From the human T2T-CHM13v2.0 reference genome, Homo sapiens, in assembly GCF_009914755.1 (NCBI RefSeq), contig NC_060925.1: DNA of 64,000 nt; one strand, given 5' to 3'. Under the pieces are notes generated by a model, which did not search any database, was not told the DNA's origin, and saw only the letters and a list, made by a program, of their open reading frames with translations. Both the position numbers and the translations under genes were made by a program. Positions 52,441 to 64,000 of this stretch are shown here, in pieces (the first letter of the stretch is position 1; each line of letters starts with the position of its first letter).

Positions 52441-55400
52441 TCTTGTCTGTTTTAAAATTTATCAGTTGGTGTCTTAATTTGTTATTGTATTTACTGGTTG
52501 AGTATTAGCTAGTTCTTTAAAAATTTGTAGTGTCACTTTCCAGAATTTTAAGTTCTTTGCTGACTTTTTAAAGCTCTACTTTTTATCTGTATGAACATAA
52601 TAAACATAGTTGTATCCAATAATGCCAACGTCTGCAATACCCTGGGGTCCATTTCTGTGATTTTTTTTTTGCCATAGATCCTAGTTTTATTGGTTATCTC
52701 ATCAGCTATCTTAGATAATAATTAATAATTTGAGACTTAGAATGGTTAAATTTTCCTAGTTCATTGAATGTTCAGCAATTCTGTATTATATCCTGGATTA
52801 TGTTGTGAGAATCTGAGTCCTCTTCAGATTTCCTAGAGAATGTTTATTTGTTTATTTTCTAACAGGCAGTCAGCTCACTTAGGTTTAGAATAGGTTCTGT
52901 CTTGCCTTTTCATTGTGGGTGTTCCAATATCAGTTCAATTTTCAATGCCTTTGCTGTGCTGCCCTGGGTCTATTTCATGTATGCTGTACTCAAGGATAGT
53001 TCTGGGACTTGGGTAGTGTTTTATGCAGAGTCCAGTTTGCAAAGCTTTTGCCCCATGCATCTATAGCCTCTCCGATTATCAACATAACTCACCAGAGTGG
53101 CATGTTTGTTACAATTGATGAACCTACATAGGCACATCATAATTGTCCAAAGTTCATAGTTTACATTAGTGTTCACTCTTGGTGTTGTACACTCTATGGA
53201 TTTGGACAAATATGTCCGCCATTATAGTATAATACAGAATAGTTTCATTGCCCTAAAATTCTGTGTTCTGCCTATTGATTCTCTACACCCTACTCTGGTA
53301 ACCACTGATCTTTTAACTGTCTCCATAATTTTGCCTTTTCCAGAATGTTATGTAGTTCGAATCCTACAGTACGTAGGCTTTTCATATTGGCTTCTTTCAC
53401 TTAGTAATATGCATTCAAGTTTCCTCCATGTCTTTTCATCACTTGATAGCTCATTTTTTAAGCACTGAATAATATTCCATTCATTGTTTGCACATACCAC
53501 AGCTTATTTATCCATTCACTTACTAAAGGACATCTTGGTTGCTTCCAAGTTTTGGCAGTTATGAATAAAGCTGCTATAAATATCCATGTGCAGGCTTTTG
53601 TGTGGACATTTTAAACTCCTTTGAGTAAATACCAAGGAGCACAATTCCTGGATCACATGGTAAAAGTATGTTTAGTTTTGTAAGAAATTGCCAAACTGTC
53701 TTCCAAAGTGGGTGTACAATTTTTTATTTCCGCCAGCAGTGAATGAGAGTTTCTGTTGTTCTATACTCTCACCAGCATTTGGTGTTGTCAAAGTTCTGGA
53801 TTTTGGCCATTCGAATAGGGGTATGTATTGATATCTCTTTGTTGTTCTAAATTGCATTTCTCTGATGACATATGATGGGAATCTTTTCATGTGATTATTT
53901 GCCATCTGTATGTCTCCTTTGGTAAGGTGTCTGTTAAGGTCTTTGTCCCATTTTTTAATCAGGTTGCATGTTTTCTTATTGTTGAGTTTTAATCAACAAT
54001 AAGAAAAAAGACTTAACAATTTTGAGTCTTTGTATATTATAGAAAACAGTCCTTTATCAGATGTTTCTTTTGCAGACATTTTCTCCCAGTCTGCGGCTTG
54101 TATTCTCATTCTCTTGACATTATCTTTTGGAGAGCAGAAGTTTTTAATTTTAATGAAGTCCAGCTCATTATTTCTTTCTTTCATGGATTGTATCTAAAAA
54201 AAAAAAGTCATCGTGATACCCAAGATCATCCAGGTTTTCTCCTATTTATCTTGGAGTTTTATGGTTTGTATTTTACATTTAGGTCTATGATAAATTTTGA
54301 GTTAATTTTTGTTAAGGGTGTAAGATCTGTGTCCAGATTCTTTTTTTTTTTTTGCATGCAGATGTCCACTTGTTTCAGCATCATTTGTTGAAAAGACCAT
54401 CTTTTCTCTATTTTATAGCTGTTACTCCTTTGTCAAATATCAGTTGACTATATTTGTTTGGGTCTATTTGTTACTCCTTTGTCAAAGATCAGTTGACTAT
54501 ATATATTGGGTCTGTTTCTGGACTCTCTATTTTGTTCCCTTGATTTCTTTGTCCTTTTCCCCCACAAATCCCTCACTATGTTGATTACTGTAGCTTTATA
54601 GTAAGTCTTGAATTTGAATAGTATCAGTTCTCCAACTTTGTTCTTCTCCTTTAATATCGTGTTCGCTCTTCTGAGTCTTTTGCCTCACCATATAAACTTT
54701 AGAATCAGTTTGTAGATATCCACAATATAACTTGCTGAGATTTTTATTGGGATTGCATTGAATCTGTAGATCAAGTTGGGAAGGATTGACATCTTGACAA
54801 TATTGAATCTTCCTATCTATGATCATGGAATCTTTCTCTATTGATTTAATTATTATTTGATTGTTTTCATCAAAATTTTATAGTTTTCCTCATATAGATC
54901 TTGCATGTTTTGTTAGATTTGTACCTAAGTATTTCATTTTTTTTGTATACTAATGTAAATGGTATTGTGTTTTCAATTTCAAATTCCGCTTATTCATTGC
55001 TGGTGTATAGGAAAATGATTGACGTTTGTATAGTATATTAATCTTGTATCGTGTAACCTTGCTGTAATTGCTTATTAGTTCCAGGATTTTTTTTTGTTAA
55101 TTCTTTCAAATTCTCTGTATAGACAGTTATGTTATCTGTGAATAAAGTAGTTTTTATTTCTTTTTTCTCAATCTGATTCCATTTGTTTCCTTTTTTTGTT
55201 TTATTGTATTAATTAAAACTTTAAGTACAATGTTGAAAAAGAATGGTGAGAGGGGACATCCTTGCCTTGTTCCTGATCTTAGTGGGAAAGCTTCTAGTTT
55301 CTCACCATTAAGTATGATATTAGCTATAGGTTTCTGTAGATATTCTTTACTAGATTGAGCAAGTTCCCTTCTATTCCTAGTTTACTAAAAGTTTTTATCA

Positions 55401-55569
55401 TGAGTGGGTGTTGGATTTTGTCAAATAATTTTTCTATATCTATTGATATGATCTTGTAATTTTTTAGCCTGTTATGTGATGGATTACAATAATTGATTTA
55501 AAATGCTGAGCCAGCCTTGCATACCTTGACTGCATCCCATTTGGTTGTGTTGTATAATTTTTTTTATAC

Positions 55570-55884
55570 TTTTTTTTTTTTTTGAGACAGGATCTTGCTC
55601 TGTCACCCAGGCTGGAGTGCAGTGGCTATTCACAGGCATGATCATAACTCACTATAGCCTTGAACTCCTGGGCTTAAGTGATCCTCCTGCCTCAGCCTCC
55701 TCAGTGGCTGAGACTATAGGTGTGTGCCACTGCACCCAGATAATTTTTAAAATTTCTTTTTAGAGATGGGATCTTGCTATGTTGCCCAGGCTAGTCTCAA
55801 ACTTTTGGCCTCAAGCAATCCTTTCACTTCAGTCTCCTGAGTAGCTGGAATTGGGATTATAGGTGTGGGCCACTGTGTCAGGCT
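55570..55884 (-). mobile_element. FAM monomer (55570-55740) followed by a FLAM_A-like monomer (55741-55884)
   Basis: FAM-diagnostic ggctattcacaggc at 55624-55637. The second monomer has the gtagctgg-type body. Confidence 0.8.
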
Positions 55885-57006
55885 CCTTTTATATATTGTT
55901 GGATTTGATTTGCTAATGTTTTGTTGAGTATTTTTGCATCTATGTTCATGAGAGATATTTGTCTGTAATTTTCTTATAATGTCTTTGTCTGGTTTTGGTA
56001 TTAGGGTACTGCTAGAAAATATTCCCTCTGCTTCTATCTTCTGAAAGAGATAGTAGAGAATTGGTATAGTTTCTTCCTTAAATGTTTGTAGAATTCACCA
56101 GTGAAGCTGGCAGGCCTGGTGCTTTCTGTTCTGGAGGGTTATTAATTATTGACTTAATTTCTTTAATAGATATAGGCTTATTCAGATTGCCTGCTTTTAA
56201 TTCTGTGAGTTTTGGCAGTTGTGTCTTTTGACAGTTGGTCCATTCCATTTAGGTTAGCAAACCTGTGGGCATAGAATTGTTCATAATATTTCTTCATTTT
56301 AACATCCATGAGGTTTGTAGTGATGTCTCCTTTTTCATTTATGGATTAGTAATTTGAATCCTCTCTCTCTTTTTCTTAGCCTGGCTAGAATTTATTGATT
56401 TTATTGATCTTTTCAAATAACCAGCTTTTGGTTTCATTGATTTTTTAAAATATTGATTTTCTGTTTCCACTTTCATGGTTTTTACTCTAATTTTTATTAC
56501 TTCTTTTCTCCTTCTTACTTTGGATTTAATTTGCTCTTCTCTTTCTAGTTGCCTACAGTGGAAACTTAGATGATTGATTTCAGATTGTCTTTTCCAATTT
56601 ATGCATTCAATGCTATAAATTTCCCTCTCAGTTTTTCCTGTATCGCACAGATTTTGATAATATGTGTTTTAATTTTCATTTAGTTCAAAATGTTTTTGAA
56701 TTTCTCTTGAGATTTCTTCTTTGACTCAGGTGGTATTTAGAAGTGTCTTGGTTATTCTCCAAGCATTTTGTGATTTTCCAGGTATCTTTCTATTATTTAT
56801 TTCTGGTTTAATTCCATTGTGATCTGAGAGCAGATACTGTACAATTTATAATCTTTTAAATTTGTTAAGGTGTGTCTTATGGCCCAGAATATGGTCTATC
56901 TTGATGAATATTCCATGTGAGCTTCAGAAGACTATGCATTCTGTTATTGTTGGATTAAGCAGTCTGTAAATGTCAAGGTGATTGATGGTTTTATTGAATC
57001 CAACTA

Positions 57007-57244
57007 CAGGTTAAGCAGCCCTAATCCAAAAATCCCAAATCTAAAATACTCCAAAATCCAATTGAGTGCCAAAATGATGCTCAAAGGAAATGCTCATTGG
57101 AGCATTTCAGATTTTGGATTTTCAGATTGGGGATGCTCAACTGGTAAACACAATGCAAATATTCCAAAATCTAAAAAGAAATCTGAAATCTGATATATTA
57201 ATTGTCCTGGTCCCAAACATTTTGGATAAGGGACACTCAACATA
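57007..57244. mobile_element. Tigger4a (MER46A)-like MITE
   Basis: ta|caggttaagcagccctaatccaaaaatc...ggataagggacactcaac, ~238 bp. Confidence 0.85.
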
Positions 57245-57444
57245 CATGTCTTACTGATTTTCTGCCTGCTGGGTCTGTCCATTTCTGATAGAGATGTTGA
57301 AATCTTCAACTATAATAGTGGATTAATTTATTTCTCTTTGCGGTTCTACCAGTTTTTGCTTCACGTATTTTGACACCATATTATTAGGCCTATACATGTT
57401 AAAAATTGTTATATCTCCTTGGAGAAATGACCCAAAAGCATTTT

Positions 57445-61469
<4,025 letters not shown>

Positions 61470-61943
61470 TCCACATAGTGTATCTCTCAGATTTGTTTAC
61501 ACTGAATTTCCAGCAATGTGTCAATTATAGTTCAGGTTTTCTTTCCCTGACTCTGGTTCCCACAGAGTTTTCTGCTTATGGGTTTCTGCCCTGGTAAGTT
61601 GTAATTCTCTCTGTGTTTGCCTGTCTCTCCAATTTTGGGGTAGTAGTTTGCCCTGCGACTTTACTTCTCTTAAGGATCTGAGAAGAGTTATTAATTTTTT
61701 AGTTTGTTCAGCTTTTTACCTGTCGTTAGGATGGAGCAGTGACTTCTAAGCTTCTTCACAACAGACTGAACCCAAACAGCTTTTGATGCAACTTAAAAAG
61801 ACCCAGTAATGATTTAGATAACCCAATGTTCATCATTAACACAGAATTTTAAATATTTTAATGTTTTCTGGAGGCATTTTGAGTATTGTCTTGTTGACAT
61901 CTTATTTTAAAATTTAATCTTGAAATTTTTATATTAACAATAG

Positions 61944-62002
61944 ATGAATATGAACGGGAAGAAACCAGGCAAGTTTATATGGATCTAAATAATAACATTG
62001 AG
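61944..62002 (+). CDS. SYCP1: SYCP1 coding exon (YEYEREETRQVYMDLNNNIE)
   Basis: tag|...|gtgagt, 59 nt, follows a 13.7-kb intron. Confidence 0.96.
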
Positions 62003-62609
62003 GTGAGTGTTAATGAAATCTGAGTATTTTAAACATAGGAATTTCTGAGCAAATTAGAGCGATTGCTACAAAGATATGGACAACTATTCTTACTAAAAAG
62101 ATTATTATTTATTTGTTGATATATTATTGTATCACTAATAAAATTCCTAAGGTTCTGTACTATGAGCATTAATGTTATGTAGGAGCTTTTTGATTTACAT
62201 GTTAGTGACATCACTTAATTTATCAAATATTTACTGCCTTTTGTCAGAAATCAGCACATTGTGACACATAACCATTAATTTGAAAACATATAAAGTATTA
62301 TTCATCTGTGTCTGGCTTCTGTTTACCTTTGTTTTCTCATCTCCTGTCATTGTCCACTTTGCTTTTCTGCTGTAGTCACTCTTTTATGTTTCTCAAATTT
62401 GCCAAGCTCTTTCTGATGGTGGTTCTTTGAATTTGTACCCTTTGCAGAACTTTTATGTCTAAGATCTTATGCACATTTCTAAACTTCATTCTGCTTTTTT
62501 GTTATTCTCCCCTTAATACTTTATCTAAAATTTCTATTTGATTATTCCATATATATCCATCTCATTTAACTTTTCTCAAGAGCACATAAAGCTGCATGGC
62601 ATGTATTTG

Positions 62610-62612
<3 letters not shown>

Positions 62613-62641
<29 letters not shown>
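62613..62641 (+). repeat. (TG)n microsatellite
   Basis: About 14 TG units. Confidence 0.95.
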
Positions 62642-62643
<2 letters not shown>

Positions 62644-62700
62644 TTGTATTCTTTTTTACACTTTATTGTAAGGTCCAGTAGGGTAGAGACTTTGTCTTCT

Positions 62701-62996
62701 TTTTTTTTTTTTTTTTTTGAGACAGTCTGGCTCTGTCGCCCAGGCTGGAGTGCAGTGGCGCAACCTCGGCTCACTGCAAGCTCCGCCTCTCGGGTTCAGC
62801 CATTCTCCTGCCTCAGCCTCCGGAGTAGCTGGGACTACAGGGGACAGCCACTACGCCCGGCTGATTTTTTGTATTTTTAGTGGAGACGGGGTTTCACCGT
62901 GTTAGCCAGGATGGTGTCCATCTCCTGATCTCGTGATCCGCCCGCCTCGGCCTCCCAAAGTTCTGGGATTAGAGGCGTGAGCCCCCGCGCCCGGCC
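62701..62996 (-). mobile_element. AluY
   Basis: Y-diagnostic ctgcaagctccgcc and caccgtgttagccaggatgg. Perfect 15-bp TSD gagactttgtcttct. Confidence 0.93.
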
Positions 62997-63506
62997 GAGA
63001 CTTTGTCTTCTATTCCTATTACCTAAAACAGTTCCTGGCACATAATAGGCACTCAGTAATTAATTAATTAATTAACCTGATTTTACAAAGCAAGATTTGT
63101 TGAATGCCGAATGAACACATGCTGCCAGCTGATGGAAGTGTAACTTTGGATTCATGGGGAGAGGCCTCACATTAGTGGAGAAGACGTAAATAAATAAGCA
63201 CAAATAAATACAAAATTACAGATTTTGATACATGCTATTAAGTAAATGGCTGGTGTACCAACAATCCATTTGCTGCTATTTTGTATTGTATAACATGTTG
63301 CCAGTGCATTTAAGCATCTGGGAAACTAACATAAGGCCCTCTTAATACATTTTTAGTAAGTAATTCAAATTACAGTGTTTTAGTTATTCCAAATTGTGTG
63401 GTTTTAAATTTAATGATCACATGATACAAATTTGGTAATATTTTCATAGTTTGAAGAAAGCTATTTAAAAAAATTTAAGTATGATTCTTAAAACTTTATA
63501 TTTCAG

Positions 63507-63576
63507 AAAATGATAACAGCTTTTGAGGAACTTCGTGTGCAAGCTGAGAATTCCAGACTGGAAATGCATTTTAAGT
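63507..63576 (+). CDS. SYCP1: SYCP1 coding exon (KMITAFEELRVQAENSRLEMHFK); gene continues beyond the window
   Basis: cag|...|gtaggt, 70 nt. Confidence 0.96.
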
Positions 63577-64000
63577 GTAGGTATAGGGATCTTACTTAAT
63601 TTTTATATTACTGTTTTGCTATTTATATTTTTATCAGATTCCGTTAATGTCTTCATCTCTTTAGCCTGATGCTCTGAACTATTTTCTATTTTATTTATTT
63701 CTGTAAGCCCCTCTAAATCTTGTGGAATGTGGCAGGGAATTAATATTTGTTAAAAATAATTTTGGGTTTTAAAACTACATCTTTCATGAAATCAAACTAA
63801 TTTTATTTTTTTTTTAGAAATGTGATTTGGTCTCTTTTTACATATCTTGGTATAGTATGCATGTTAAAATAATTGTATATGTATCATATTATACATATTT
63901 AAAACCTGTTGTTTCAGATTAGTGTGTTTTAGAGAATAAAGTTTTATATATAAGAATTATAGAATTTTAGGTTATTATAACTGATATTATTTATATTTAC

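Overview
This window is primate genomic DNA, most likely human or a great ape (Alu/L1/ERV-rich, with AluY and an L1PA3-like insert). It matches the NR1H5P-SYCP1 locus. On the + strand it holds two genes. (1) The complete remains of the FXR-beta (NR1H5) unitary pseudogene: 10 coding-type exons from the ATG at 21906 to the ancestral stop at 38936, with about 14 separate lesions. (2) About 3.4 kb downstream, the CpG-island promoter and exons 1-10 (first ~242 codons) of SYCP1, the meiotic synaptonemal-complex transverse filament gene. Most of the remaining sequence is interspersed repeats, and almost all ORFs in the supplied track are spurious or repeat-derived. I found no evidence for a new multi-gene biological system. 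The most unusual observations are small-scale: an ancient MIR-containing fragment inside a much younger MER11 LTR (within a 5-level repeat nest); a ~490-bp orphan insert with an A-rich tail and a degenerate TSD; a local ~270-bp templated duplication marked by a shared private hairpin; an AluY that keeps its CpGs but carries many transversions; a possible FLAM_A-FAM dimer; two nested proviruses truncated at one point just upstream of the FXR-beta ATG; and a motif-dense SYCP1 promoter that includes a BANP-type palindrome. Repeat family names and ortholog comparisons come from my recollection of consensus and protein sequences, not from searches.
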